Below, one piece after another: positions 35,739 to 48,200 of a stretch of DNA of 64,000 nt. A program made the position numbers and the translations under genes. Below the pieces are notes generated by a model that made no database searches, was not told the origin of the DNA, and saw only the letters and a program-made list of their open reading frames with translations. Position 1 is the stretch's first letter. The number at the start of each line of letters is the position of its first letter. Source of the DNA: a virus. Location: IMG/VR virus record IMGVR_UViG_3300009155_000048, positions 43,135 through 107,134 of that record. One strand, given 5' to 3'.

Positions 35739-38705
35739 ATGAAATATTTAAAATATAGAGAAGATTTTCTACATAGAGAGATTAAACTTGATGAATCAAA
35801 AATTCAAGAACAAATTAAAAGTTCTGAAATGATTTCAGAAGCTTTTGAGAATGATATCACTTGGGGTGGATCTTTAATTGGAAGACTATTTAACTCTATA
35901 TTAAGAAAAGGTAAAGTAATGATACAAACTGCTAGGATTGGATCATTAGTTAAATCTCTTAAAGATGAACTAGATTCTTTATCTGGCGAAGTACAGATCG
36001 CATCCGATGAGAAAATAAAAAATAAAGTTTACTTACTTTCTATTAGATTTTTAGTAACTGAGATATATAATATTGTTGTTAGTAATAAAACTGTTGCCGA
36101 AAAGAAAGGAGAATTAGTAGGAGATGGATCTGAGGATGCTGGTCTTATACAAACAACTATTAAACAGGTTGAGGCTATACCAGATGAGTCACTTCCAAAC
36201 AAAAAAGAACTTATTGAAAAGCTTAAAAGATTTAGAGAAGCATTACTTAAATTAGAAGTAAAAGCCGAACCATCAAAAGAAGAAGAGGAAGATGATGATA
36301 GCGAAACAAATTTCTATAATCAAACACTCAATCTATTGAAATCAATTGTAGCATTAAATGATGTTATTCTTAATAAAAAGATTAAGAATGCAGAACAAAC
36401 AAACAAATCAGTAGAAGTTGGTAAAGAATATACAAATAAGAATGGTAAGGTTTGTATGGTTGTTAGTTTAGATCACAAAGTAACCAGACCAAATAAAGAT
36501 GCTGGTGGAGATGGTGTGTTTTTTACAAAAGATGACAAAAAGGGAGAAACATTAGCTCCAGGTTTAGCATTAGTTGTATATAGAGATGAAAAAACAAAAA
36601 AATATTTACCTAATTCACCAACACAAGCAATAAATAAGACGGAGCTTAAGCCATATACTGGAAATGATACACTTAAAGATAAAGAGGGAAAACCTCTTCA
36701 ATCACCATTAGATACCAAAACCGGCACTCCAAAAATTGGAGCAGGATCTGCACAAGGTCAAAAAGAAGGAGAAAAAGTAGAAAAAACAAATGATTCATAC
36801 TATTATGAGAATGAGTCACTTCCTATCTTTGAAGATACAAAACTTGAAGATAATGAACTACATGCTAAAGCTGCTTGGAATAAAGTATTAAACACATGGA
36901 ATAAAACTGGAATTTCAAAAATGGTTCCAAGAATACAAGAACTATTGAAAAAATCTGAGTCTGGAAGTAAATTAGAGAAAGGATGGATAATGGACTTAGG
37001 TAAGCAAATTATGTTAAATAAATCAACAGTAGGTGCAAATCCTATGAAATTTGATGATTTAATTAAAGAAGCAGAAGCTATTCCTACATCATATAATGAT
37101 ATACCTAAAGCAATATCTTTAGTTAGTAGAGTTATACTTTCATTTAAGGAAGATATGGGATTATTAGGAGCATTAGGTGATGCTAACCCACATATTAAAT
37201 TATTTGTCAACTCATTTGATGAGATGAGTAAGATATATCCTAATCTAAAAGCAAAGAAAAAAGAAGAACCTAAGAAAGAAGAGGAAAAGACACCAGAAGC
37301 ACAAAATGATTCACGTCTATTTAACTACTCTAAATTCTTATCAATAAATGAAGCAGATGATATTGTACCTGAATTAGACTCTGAAACAGAAAAGTCCGAA
37401 AATGATGAGGTTAAAACTGCTTGGTCTAATGAGTTCAAAGAAGGTGAGGAGAAAGAGTGGAAAATAGAAGAGAAAGAAGCCAAAGAACTACAAAAAGAAA
37501 CAGATGAGTTAGAGAATAAAGAAACTACATTTAAGGGTGATGACTATTATGATCACATCATAGCAATTATTGAAATTTTCGGCAAGGCTTACAATCTATA
37601 TGCAACTACTGTTATTCCATCTGGTAGACCAAATGGTAGAATTTCTCAAAAAACATTTAGAGAATATGAATTTATTGGAGATGGTAAGAATCCGGGATGG
37701 AAAGAAGGAGAAGGACCAGAAGCTGGTCCATGGGCAGCAAAGCAAACATATCAAAAGTGGCAAGATGGTGTTATGGGCATTCTTAAAGATCCTAAATATA
37801 GAAAAATATTAGCAAATGTTAAATTTGTATCAGAGGCCGAAAGTTCAACAGGAACACCATCCAAAGAAGGTTCAGGAAGATCTTTATTTACCTTCATCAA
37901 TGACCTAACAACCGGAAATGGTGAATTTAGTAAGATTAAAAGAGAAATGATGAATAAGTATTTCACAACAAAAGAAATGAAAACAAAGGGAGACAAGGAA
38001 ACTCAAGGATTTGGGGGTAACCCAAGTCCTACTATTTCTGGAGATGATAAAGGTGAGACAAATAAATATTATTTAACACTTGGTAAAGAGATTAGTGGTA
38101 TATATGTATCACCAAGAATGTCTGATTATAAAAAATCAGATAAAGAAAATAGCTCATTTTTGAATAATTTTACACTAGCTAAGTATAAAACAGATGATGC
38201 AAAAGAAGGAACTATTTTAGTTTATGTTAATAATTATTTTACAGTTGATGATAGTCCACACATTTTAGTAAAGTTTCAATTTATCAAGGAAGGAAGACAA
38301 TCATTAATAAGTTCTTATTTAAAAAATAGTATTACAAATGACAAAATGGAATTACCCGAAGATATAAGAGAAGATTTAACAAAATCTATTTATGTAGGTG
38401 TTATCAAATTATCAGATGGTCATTTACTAACAGGAAGTACTCCAAATATAACATATATAGACGCAGTAGAACTAAACTCACCAACGGAACAAGGATTTAA
38501 AGAACTAAATATTAAATTGACACAGATTAAATATCTAACAAAACTTGTAGATACAAAAGATGGAAATCAAAAAAGAATAGTAGTTAAGCCAAAAGACAAT
38601 AAACCGGACGAGTTTACAAATAAAGATGTTAAAGACACACTTGGTAAAATTAAAAATAGTGACTCTTTGAAAAAGGGCCTTAAAATAGAAGGAAAAATAA
38701 AATGA
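35739..38705 (+). CDS. Large late protein, probable internal/ejected virion protein
   Basis: MKYLKYRE tag; internal ISEA/IKEA/INEA sites; late promoter at ~35708. Confidence 0.75.
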   Translation: MKYLKYREDFLHREIKLDESKIQEQIKSSEMISEAFENDITWGGSLIGRLFNSILRKGKVMIQTARIGSLVKSLKDELDSLSGEVQIASDEKIKNKVYLLSIRFLVTEIYNIVVSNKTVAEKKGELVGDGSEDAGLIQTTIKQVEAIPDESLPNKKELIEKLKRFREALLKLEVKAEPSKEEEEDDDSETNFYNQTLNLLKSIVALNDVILNKKIKNAEQTNKSVEVGKEYTNKNGKVCMVVSLDHKVTRPNKDAGGDGVFFTKDDKKGETLAPGLALVVYRDEKTKKYLPNSPTQAINKTELKPYTGNDTLKDKEGKPLQSPLDTKTGTPKIGAGSAQGQKEGEKVEKTNDSYYYENESLPIFEDTKLEDNELHAKAAWNKVLNTWNKTGISKMVPRIQELLKKSESGSKLEKGWIMDLGKQIMLNKSTVGANPMKFDDLIKEAEAIPTSYNDIPKAISLVSRVILSFKEDMGLLGALGDANPHIKLFVNSFDEMSKIYPNLKAKKKEEPKKEEEKTPEAQNDSRLFNYSKFLSINEADDIVPELDSETEKSENDEVKTAWSNEFKEGEEKEWKIEEKEAKELQKETDELENKETTFKGDDYYDHIIAIIEIFGKAYNLYATTVIPSGRPNGRISQKTFREYEFIGDGKNPGWKEGEGPEAGPWAAKQTYQKWQDGVMGILKDPKYRKILANVKFVSEAESSTGTPSKEGSGRSLFTFINDLTTGNGEFSKIKREMMNKYFTTKEMKTKGDKETQGFGGNPSPTISGDDKGETNKYYLTLGKEISGIYVSPRMSDYKKSDKENSSFLNNFTLAKYKTDDAKEGTILVYVNNYFTVDDSPHILVKFQFIKEGRQSLISSYLKNSITNDKMELPEDIREDLTKSIYVGVIKLSDGHLLTGSTPNITYIDAVELNSPTEQGFKELNIKLTQIKYLTKLVDTKDGNQKRIVVKPKDNKPDEFTNKDVKDTLGKIKNSDSLKKGLKIEGKIK

Positions 38706-39277
38706 TTAAAAAATACTCAGAATTTATTTTAGAAAATTATTTTCCGGATAATACAGATTCTCCAGAGATTGCATCAGATATGAATGGATTTAATGATATT
38801 AGTGACCAGATTAAAGAATTTGATACTAAGAAAGTTACTATCAACAATATCTATATGACATACACCGATGAAAAAGATTTAATTAATAAATTGTCTTCTC
38901 AGAAATTTATTGATAATACTAGTGATAAAAAATCTATTAAATTTCATAATTCTATTTTAGGTATGTGGGCACAGTCTTGTGAGAAAAGAAGAGATTTAAA
39001 AGAAATAGATGACCAAATTAAAAAATGGGAAGAAGATATTAAAAATGAAGAGGATAATATTAAAAATAATCCATCTTCAGAAGAATCAGTAAGAGCTAAC
39101 ATCAATTTAATAGAGGACAAGATAAAACAAAAAACACAAGATGTTTCAAAAAAACAACTAGAAATTGGTGACTTAGAAAAATTAGCAAAAGATAAATTAA
39201 AATCATTAAAAGATGAACTTAGTTTATCCAAGAAAAGATTAGATATGTATAGGGCTAATAAATTTGCCAAAAAGTGA
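38702..39277 (+). CDS. Coiled-coil late protein with MIKKYSEFILE tag
   Basis: ATGA coupling; tag resembles the T4 CTS MKTYQEFIAE. Confidence 0.8.
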   Translation: MIKKYSEFILENYFPDNTDSPEIASDMNGFNDISDQIKEFDTKKVTINNIYMTYTDEKDLINKLSSQKFIDNTSDKKSIKFHNSILGMWAQSCEKRRDLKEIDDQIKKWEEDIKNEEDNIKNNPSSEESVRANINLIEDKIKQKTQDVSKKQLEIGDLEKLAKDKLKSLKDELSLSKKRLDMYRANKFAKK

Positions 39278-39306
39278 AAAAATATGTTTTTTGCTTTTTA
39301 TATATA
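39273..39306 (+). promoter_or_regulatory. Bipartite late promoter AGTGA-N23-TATATA for the sheath gene
   Basis: agtgaaaaaatatgttttttgctttttatatatac. Confidence 0.6.
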
Positions 39307-39332
39307 CAGTAAATAAAAATTAATGAAATAAT

Positions 39333-42300
39333 ATGGCAATTCAAATTGGAAAATACAAAAGACCAGGTATCTTCATAGAAGAATTTGACAATTCAGTTAT
39401 CTCAAGTCCAACCGTAACAGGTGTTAGTACTTTAGTAGCGGGTTTTTCAAGAAAAGGACCAGTTAACACACCGGTTTTATTACAAACCGTTAATGATTTG
39501 GAGAAAATCTTTGGACCAATGGATAGAAACCTTGAAAGAAAAGGTTCTTACTTCCACAGAACAGTGGCTAAGATGCTTGAGTCAAGTCCGGTTTATGCAA
39601 TGAATCTATTAGTTACATCAGATACATTGGATACAATTGAATACAAATCTGTATCTACATCTACAGACAAAACAAATGATATAGTAAGAGACGGGTCATA
39701 TAGAAGATTCTTTGACACCACTGGATTCTGGAAAAAGGATACTGATTCTTTCATTACATTAACAAATGGTGACTTAGGTCATGCTGATAGACTTCTATCA
39801 TTCACTAATATGTCTGATAAGTATATCACTGTATTTGTTTTTAAATCTAAATTAAAAGGATTTGATAGAACATTACTTGAGTGGTATGGTTCAGCTGATA
39901 AAGTACCTTCTTATGTAAATCAATTAGACTATGCGTCTGATTATATGGTGGATGTATTAGTTGTTGGTGGTGATTGGTCAAACTATCAGCAGTTATCTGT
40001 TGATAACAAATGGTCTGCTTATTTCACAAGTCAAGGTCTCAAAAAAGACCAAGTTTATAATTTCTCAAATGATAGAAATGTTAATTTGTTAAATTTCTAT
40101 GAGGGACTTTCATTAATTCCATTCTTTAGAGATGCCAATGGTAGAAATATTTTCATTGAAACAATTATTAATAATGATACACAAAAAACTGGTTTATTCT
40201 GTGCATTTGATTCAGATAAACTTGAAAAAGATTATCCAACTGGAATGGTTGACTTAATTGGTAACAACTTAGCTCAAAGTGATGGATTGGTTAATAATGG
40301 ACAAGCATCACTTGAGTTTTTATCATATGATGTTACAATTACTGAAAGTTTGAATTTCACTGCAACTCCACTTGATGTGGCTGGTGGTGTTGATGGTCAA
40401 AATGTAGTTGCTCTATTATCTTCTACTTCTTCAGTAGCTGCTATGAGAAGCATCTGGGGTGGTTCAGAAAGAACTTCGTTTTACTCAGAATCTTATATCA
40501 ATGGTGTGAATTACGCAACTGCTTCTGAAAGTTTAGGAGGATCATCTACTCTTATTGTAGGATTTGATATTTATGATGCTGATTTAGGAGCTGGAGCAAC
40601 TGCTGCTCCATATGCAGTAATTAGTGGCACTAAAGTTATAGTAAATGAAGGCGTAAATCAGGGAAAAACATTTTCAGTAAGTGCTTCTGATTATCCAACA
40701 TCTAATGCAACTGCAAGTTATACTTCAGTTGTTTATATTAATTCATCAACTGGAGCAATCGAAATTAGTAATAGTACTACTGCTGGATCTAATCCAATTT
40801 TAGGAACAAATGACTTAGCACTTGGTTACTTAAATTTCTGGATGTATAATGGATCTATATCACAAGTAGGTGGAACACCTAGTTACGTTCCTACTTGGAC
40901 TCCTGTAGAAATTGATAATACAAATGGGTACAAATATAAAGAATTTACACACGGTGCATTAACTACAAATGATTACTATGTATCTTCAGTGGGTGCAACA
41001 TCTTCTGGTAAGATTCAAGTAACATTCTATGGAACATCTCAAACAGACTATACTAAAAATTATGGAGTTCATAGAAAAATTAGAATGTTTAATTTTTTAG
41101 TTAATATGTTACACTCCTCTAATCTCAATAAGATGTGTATGATTAAAGACTACACAACAAGAGAGAAGTTTTCATTAGCAAATGCTAGTATTTCAAGTAT
41201 AGTTACTTCATCGTCATCTAATAAGTCATTTGTGTTAGATTTAGGAATTACTCCTACGCCACAACATATATTAGATGGTAATTTAATATTCTATAAATAT
41301 GATAATGAGTTCACTTTAGGAGCATATGGTGTAACCACACAAAATATCAAAGGTGGTACCTATGGTGTTGTTGGTAAACAATCTCCATTCTACTTAAACT
41401 TCTATAATGGACAAATAAATACTAGTGATTATTTCTACAGAAATATTCTAGATGTTGATAAAACTCCGAGAGTTGTATTACAAAACTCTGGTGGAGAAGG
41501 ATATATTGTATTTAGTGAACTACCTTGGGCAACTTCAGCTAGTTGGCCATTCAGTTTTGTTGGAACAGAACACATCATTTTACCAGACTCTACTTCTAAC
41601 ACAGGAATATTGATGTTAGCTGGTTCTACTGATGAGAGTGGCAACTTAGCTGATCCATCAACTGGTCTAACTTATAGTGGTACTTACGTAGCTTATAAAT
41701 TGGAATCAACAGTTACATCAGAAGATATTACATCAATTTCTAAAATATATGATTCTTCTCAGAAAGTTTATTTACAAATGTACTTAGATAACTCTGGTAA
41801 TTTAGTGACTAACTTCAAAGATGAACAACTATCAACTGCAGTGCCTATTGATATTGATTTAGATTCAACATTCAAAGTAATAAGTGATAAATCAAATTAC
41901 AGACAATCTATTGAGATTGAATTACCAAGTGGTTATACACCAGTTGTTAATAAGATTCTTATTAATGGACTTAGATATCCAGAGGTTAAAATTGGTGATT
42001 TCCTAGAAGCTTATGTTGATACTACACTTTTACAAAGTGGTGAGGTTCCAAGAAGATTAACTAGAATATTAACTAAAAAAGTATATGCAGCTGATACATC
42101 ACTAGTAGAGGTTACTTGTGACTCAGCAATTGAGAAAGTTGAATTTGGTAGTGATTATCAAACAATGAGATACACATCTATTGATGATTATGTTTCTACT
42201 TATAAATCAATATCATTAAAAGGATTTAGAGTAAGAGAAGCTTCAATGCCGGATGGTACAGAAGACAGACAAAGTTCTATTCTTAACTTATTAGCTAAAG

Positions 42301-43268
42301 GAACATCATTGTTCAAAGCTATAACTAACAAAGAAGCAATTGACTTTAGATATGTTGTTGACTCATTTGGTCTTGGATTAATTGAACGTTCAAAACAACA
42401 ATTAGTTGATATTTGTGGTGATAGATTAGATTGTCTTGGATTCATAAATATGCCTTCTATGAAGTCATTCAAGAATTCAACATCACCTACATTTGTTGGA
42501 ACTGATGAGACAAACTTGGATACATACGGAATTCTACAAACATCATATATCGCAACTGGTGGCAACTTGGAATCAAGTCCAGCTTTCTTGTATTCATTTG
42601 GTGATGGTAGAGGATCAAGTTGTGTTGGTTATTTCTTACCTTATGTAACAGTAAATGATAATGGAAGACCAACAGATGTTCCACCAGCTATGTATGTGGC
42701 AACTACATATATGAGAAAACAAAACACTAATGTAACTTCAATTGTTCCTTGGACAATTGCAGCGGGTGTTACAAATGGTAAAGTTACAAATATTGCTGGT
42801 ATTGAAATGGATTTCACACCAACTGATATTGAAAACTTAAATGGAGCTCAGATGAATCCGATTGTTTACAAGAGAAACAGAGGATTTGTAATTGAAACTG
42901 AAAATACAGCTCAAACTCTTTATAAGTCAGCACTTTCTTACCTACACGTTAGAGAGGTATTGATTGAACTTGAAAGAGAACTTTCAGCAATGTTGTTAGA
43001 ATTCCAATGGAAATTTAACACAGCTGAAATCAGAGCCGAAATCAAGTTGAGAGCAGATGTTATTTGTGAGAAATATGTAAACAAAAATGGTTTATATAAC
43101 TACTTCAACAAGTGTGATGAAGAAAACAACACTCCTACAATCATTGATAATCAAATTGGTGTTCTTGATACTTATGTTGAACCAATTCGCGGAATGGGTG
43201 TTATTGTAAATAACATTACAATCTTGAGAACAGGAGCAATTAACGCTGGTGGATTCATTAATCAATAA
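39333..43268 (+). CDS. Tail sheath protein (gp18-like) with large insertion
   Basis: RPGIFIEEFD, GFSRKGPVNTP, AGVTNG, SALSYLHVRE, KCDEENN, EPIRGM. Confidence 0.93.
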   Translation: MAIQIGKYKRPGIFIEEFDNSVISSPTVTGVSTLVAGFSRKGPVNTPVLLQTVNDLEKIFGPMDRNLERKGSYFHRTVAKMLESSPVYAMNLLVTSDTLDTIEYKSVSTSTDKTNDIVRDGSYRRFFDTTGFWKKDTDSFITLTNGDLGHADRLLSFTNMSDKYITVFVFKSKLKGFDRTLLEWYGSADKVPSYVNQLDYASDYMVDVLVVGGDWSNYQQLSVDNKWSAYFTSQGLKKDQVYNFSNDRNVNLLNFYEGLSLIPFFRDANGRNIFIETIINNDTQKTGLFCAFDSDKLEKDYPTGMVDLIGNNLAQSDGLVNNGQASLEFLSYDVTITESLNFTATPLDVAGGVDGQNVVALLSSTSSVAAMRSIWGGSERTSFYSESYINGVNYATASESLGGSSTLIVGFDIYDADLGAGATAAPYAVISGTKVIVNEGVNQGKTFSVSASDYPTSNATASYTSVVYINSSTGAIEISNSTTAGSNPILGTNDLALGYLNFWMYNGSISQVGGTPSYVPTWTPVEIDNTNGYKYKEFTHGALTTNDYYVSSVGATSSGKIQVTFYGTSQTDYTKNYGVHRKIRMFNFLVNMLHSSNLNKMCMIKDYTTREKFSLANASISSIVTSSSSNKSFVLDLGITPTPQHILDGNLIFYKYDNEFTLGAYGVTTQNIKGGTYGVVGKQSPFYLNFYNGQINTSDYFYRNILDVDKTPRVVLQNSGGEGYIVFSELPWATSASWPFSFVGTEHIILPDSTSNTGILMLAGSTDESGNLADPSTGLTYSGTYVAYKLESTVTSEDITSISKIYDSSQKVYLQMYLDNSGNLVTNFKDEQLSTAVPIDIDLDSTFKVISDKSNYRQSIEIELPSGYTPVVNKILINGLRYPEVKIGDFLEAYVDTTLLQSGEVPRRLTRILTKKVYAADTSLVEVTCDSAIEKVEFGSDYQTMRYTSIDDYVSTYKSISLKGFRVREASMPDGTEDRQSSILNLLAKGTSLFKAITNKEAIDFRYVVDSFGLGLIERSKQQLVDICGDRLDCLGFINMPSMKSFKNSTSPTFVGTDETNLDTYGILQTSYIATGGNLESSPAFLYSFGDGRGSSCVGYFLPYVTVNDNGRPTDVPPAMYVATTYMRKQNTNVTSIVPWTIAAGVTNGKVTNIAGIEMDFTPTDIENLNGAQMNPIVYKRNRGFVIETENTAQTLYKSALSYLHVREVLIELERELSAMLLEFQWKFNTAEIRAEIKLRADVICEKYVNKNGLYNYFNKCDEENNTPTIIDNQIGVLDTYVEPIRGMGVIVNNITILRTGAINAGGFINQ

Positions 43269-43281
43269 TCTATAAAAATTT

Positions 43282-43315
43282 AAAAAAAACCAGATAGAAA
43301 TATCTGGTTTTTTTT
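43282..43315 (+). terminator. Intrinsic terminator
   Basis: ccagata-gaaa-tatctgg plus T-tract. Confidence 0.85.
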
Positions 43316-43365
43316 ATTAAACATATATAGGAGTATTTAATATATATGTAAAATGGTTTGTTGTT

Positions 43366-45054
43366 ATGAATTTAGAAATATTTAATAATCCAGATCCATC
43401 TGGTAGAATGTCCAAAGAATCTTTTCTTTTTAAGAATTATAAAGATGAATATGATTATATAGTAGAATACTGCCTAAGTAATAATATTGTAGAAATTTCC
43501 TTTAAGGAAAAGGTATATTTATGTTTAAATAATATTTCAAATATCCCAACTTGTCAAAACCCATCTTGTAAAAAAAGAGTGAGTTTTAAAAACTCAACAT
43601 TGGGATATTTGAAATATTGTTCAAATAAATGTATATCATCAGATCCCAATATTAAAAAAATTAAAGAAGAAAAGTCTTTAGAGAAATTTGGAACAAAAAC
43701 TCCTGCTGAATCCGAACAAGTAAAAAATAAGACAAAAAAAACAAATCAAGAAAGATATGGAGGCAATTCCGCTATGTCATCAGAAGAAATACAAGAGAAA
43801 TCTAAACAAACACTACTTAAAAATTGGGGAGTTGATAATCCGAATAAATCACCATATTTGACTGAAAAGAGAATAGAGTCCTTTAAATTGAGTAATTATA
43901 AAGAATCATTTAAAAAAACATCATTATTTAGGTATGGAGTTGATCACCCTTGGAAAAATAAAGATATACATGATAAGAGTTCATTAGGCACATTTATTTC
44001 AAAAAATTTAAAGTTAAAAGAATCTATTCTAAAAAAATTAGAAACTCATTCAAATTATAAATTAATATCTATTGACTATGATAAATATAAAAGAGAAGTT
44101 ACTATACATTGTGATATATGCAATAGTGATTTTTTTATAAATAGAGAGGATTTTCACATAAGACATAAGAATAAGACTACCATATGTACTGTTTGTAATC
44201 CCATCGATACTAACCAATCTGGTACAGAAATGAAATTATATGAATTCATTAAGGATAATTTTGATGGAAATATACATACTAATATAAAATCCATAATAAA
44301 ACCAAGTGAGTTAGATATTTATATTCCCGACTTAAAATTAGCATTTGAGTTTAATCGATTATATTGGCACTCCGAATCCCAAAAAGGTAAATATTATCAT
44401 TATGATAAGACAAGAAAATGTAGGGATATAGGAATAGAACTCATACATATATGGGAGGATGATTGGGTATATAAAAATGATATTGTCAAGTCAATAATAT
44501 TGAATAGAATTGGTAAAACGAAAAATAAAATATATGCTAGGAAATGTGAAATAAGAGAGGTTAATGATATTGATTTAATAAAGTATTTTTTGGAAAATAA
44601 TCATATATTAGGATATTGCTCATCAAGTATTAAATTAGGATTATACTATAATGATGATTTGGTTTCTTTGATGTGCTTTACTAAAAAAAATGGATTATAC
44701 GAGTTGGTTAGATATTGTAACAAACTGAATAATTTAGTAACTGGTGGATCATCTAAATTGTTTAGATACTTTATTAATAAATATAAAACAGATATTATTT
44801 CCTATTCTGACGAATCTATGTTTAGTGGTAATTTATATGAAAGTTTAGGATTTAAACACATAAGTAACTCTGTTGTTAATTATAAATGGGTAATTGGTAA
44901 GAAAAGAGAACATAAATCAAAGTATAGAAAGGATAGGTTAGTCAAATCAGGATTTGATGTAAACAAAAGTGAGAATGATATAATGATAGATGATGTTGGC
45001 GCTTATAAAATATGGGACTGTGGGCTTAAAAAATGGATTTATAAATGTTCATAA
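43366..45054 (+). mobile_element. Free-standing homing-endonuclease-like gene (YGVDNP-type repeats + Vsr-like nuclease + Hef-like C-terminal domain)
   Basis: ELDIYIPDLKLAFEFNRLYWHS, HIWEDDW, IYARKC, FLENNH, ELVRYC, IWDCG. Confidence 0.85.
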
Positions 45055-45135
45055 AAATAACCTAAATGATATTTTGTAGATATGTCTGATTAAAATGAAT
45101 CTAATCAATAAGAACTAAAATAAATTAAACAAAAG

Positions 45136-45163
45136 AACCTCTATAGAAATATAGAGGTTTTTT
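45136..45163 (+). terminator. Intrinsic terminator
   Basis: aacctctata-gaaa-tatagaggtt plus T-tract. Confidence 0.8.
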
Positions 45164-45217
45164 ATTTGTTAACATTTTATTTTTAATATATACTGTTAAT
45201 AATCCAAGTAATAAGAA

Positions 45218-48200
45218 ATGACAAAAATATTAAATAGTCTCAAAGTAACCGGTACCGGATCAAGTTCACAAGCATTGGGTGTAACCGGTGGATATGTTAG
45301 TATAAATGATAAGCTAAGAATAGGTGATTGGTCAACTCCAACCGCAACTGTTAATATTAATAGCAAAGGAACAACATCATCAACAAACGCATTTAAAATA
45401 ACCACCGGATTTACAACAAATAATTTTTACCCATCACTAAATTATAGTGATGATGGTGTCTTAACACTAGTTGGTGCTGGTCTTGGATATGGTGCAACAA
45501 ATAGTGGTAGACCGATTGGTTCCGCAGATTTAGTCATAGGTAATAATTACTATGGTAGTATTGAATTAGCAGGATATGGTATCTTCGGTAGAGACCAAGG
45601 TACCAGTGAAGGTCTAAGTTTCTACATAAGAAAAGTTGCTGGTGGTGCTGCTACATACTCAAGAGGATTTAGATTTATAACAGCAACAGATAGACAATTT
45701 AATTTACAACCCGAAGCTGATGATACTTTTTCAATTAATTACCCAACATATAATAATGGATATATTAGACTAAGTTCATACAATGACTCCGGTAAATACT
45801 TTAGAATATCAACTGATAAATTCACATCAACACAACAGTCCGATAGATTTGGTATTCAAGGATTTTCAGATTGGGCATCTGTATTTTTTAGAAATATTAG
45901 TTCTTTACAGATAGATAACAACGCAATAGTTACAAGAAATATTGGCACAACAAGTAATAGTTTTCCAAATACTTTTATTATTGGTAGTTCACAAAGTAGT
46001 ATTAATATAGGCACAACCTATGGCATTCCTACATCTTGGAACCAAGGTTCAATCATCATTGCTCCTAGCAATGCTATCAATATGACTGCTTCTCATTTTC
46101 CGGTCTCAGGTTTAACACACACCAATAATTCCAATATTATGATGGTTGCTCAAGTAAGTGTAATTCCTACTGGCAACTATAATGTAATGATAGGTGGTGG
46201 TTCTAAAATAACCACCGGATCCCAGAATGTCGGAATTGGTAATTATCTATATACAACTAACCCAGCATTAGGTGAATTAACAACGGGATCCAGAAACACA
46301 GCAGTTGGTTCACAAGCATTGGGTAAACTAACAACTGGTAGTGATAATGTTGGATTAGGTGATAGGGCTCTTAGAGATTCATTAGTTTCATCATCTAATA
46401 ATGTTGGTGTCGGTGTTCAAGCTGGCCAATCAGTTCAAAGTAGTAATAATATATTTATAGGTACGAATGCTGGTAGAGCTTATAATGGAACCGGTGATTC
46501 GGTTTTATATCTTAGCACACATGACTTTACCTCTGCTGCTAGAGTCGAGGCTGCTGCTGCTCACTACAGCTCTACATATGCAACCTGGTCCGGAACACCC
46601 CCAACTTGGGCAACATTAAATCCTTCATATGGAAATGTTGTAATTTTTGGCAATGAGTCAAGTGGTAGTAGAGAAAGTTCAACAATAAATAGTACTGGTA
46701 CTTTTAGATCTTTATTTTTTGGTAAAGGTATGTGGCACCTATCTACCAATCTAAACACTTATGTTATTTCTACTTCAATGCCAACCTTAATGACTTGGAC
46801 AGCAAGTGGATCAATAACTCAAAATAATGATGCGGTTGGTTCTAGTTTAGAGTTAGTAGCAGGTGTTGGTCGTGGTGGTGGAACAGCTGGCGACCTTTAT
46901 TTTTCAACTGGACAGTTGACTGCCTCAGGTACATCATCACTACAAGACAAGGTAGTTAGAATGACCATAAAGGGTGGTAATGGATTCATTGGTGTTGGTA
47001 CACAATCACCTTCTACACTTTTACATATTTATTCAACCCAATCTAACGCATTTAGATTAGTTGATGGTACACAAGGTGCTGGAAAGGCTCTTATATCAGA
47101 TGCGAATGGTAATGCAAGTTGGGGAACAGCTAGTGGTGGAAGTGGTGTTAGTGGTGGTAGTGCTAGTTATATGGCACTATTCACAAGTGATACTAGTTTA
47201 ACACCAAGTAATATTTACCAAGGAGCTTCTGGTTCCATATTAATTGGATACACATCTTCTTCATCTACATATACAACAGACACAAATACACTTAGAGTAA
47301 ATGGTAATGTTTATTTTGATAATTCTACTTCTACAAGTAAATTCTTTTTAAATGGCACAAATTTATTTGATAATGTCAATAGAAACATCGCTCTTGGTGC
47401 AAGTGCGTTGGGTATAAATAACGGATCAGTTGGTACAAATAATGTTGCAATTGGTGAACAATCACTTAAATCAAATACTGGTGATAGAAATATTGCATTA
47501 GGATATCAAGCATTATTAAATAACTCAAATGGAACAGACAATATCTCAATTGGTGAACAATCACTTAAATCAAATACTGGTGCTGGTGGATCATATAACG
47601 TAGCAATAGGAACTAGTGCTCTAAATAAAAACACTTCAGGTTACAGAAACTTTGCCTTAGGTTATTACTCATTATATAGTAATTTAACAGGTGATAATAA
47701 TATTTCAATAGGACATAACTCTATGTTTTTTGGTATGTCTCAAAGTAATGTCGCAATAGGTGCCAATTCTCTATACGGACTAAAGTATGGTAGTTATAAT
47801 GTATCTATAGGTAAAAGTGCTGCTGCTGACTTAGGTGGTGCGACATCATCATTATCAACACCGAATTGGCAAGATAACTATAACACATTCATTGGTACAT
47901 TTGTTGCACCCGGATTGGTAAGAGGCAACTACAATACAATAATTAGCTCTAAATTGGGAGCTTCTGATTTTATAGGATTCACACAGGGTAACTACAATAC
48001 TTATGTTGGATATGGTATAACAGGAACATTTAGTTCGAATCAAAATAATACAGTGATTGGATCCAGAGTCACATTAGTAGGTGGTATTACAAACTCAATT
48101 ATATTAGCAGATGGTTCTGGAAATCAAAGAATATTTGTTAATAGTTTAGGATATGTGGGTATAGGTACACAATCCCCAACTGCTTTACTAACTTTAAACT

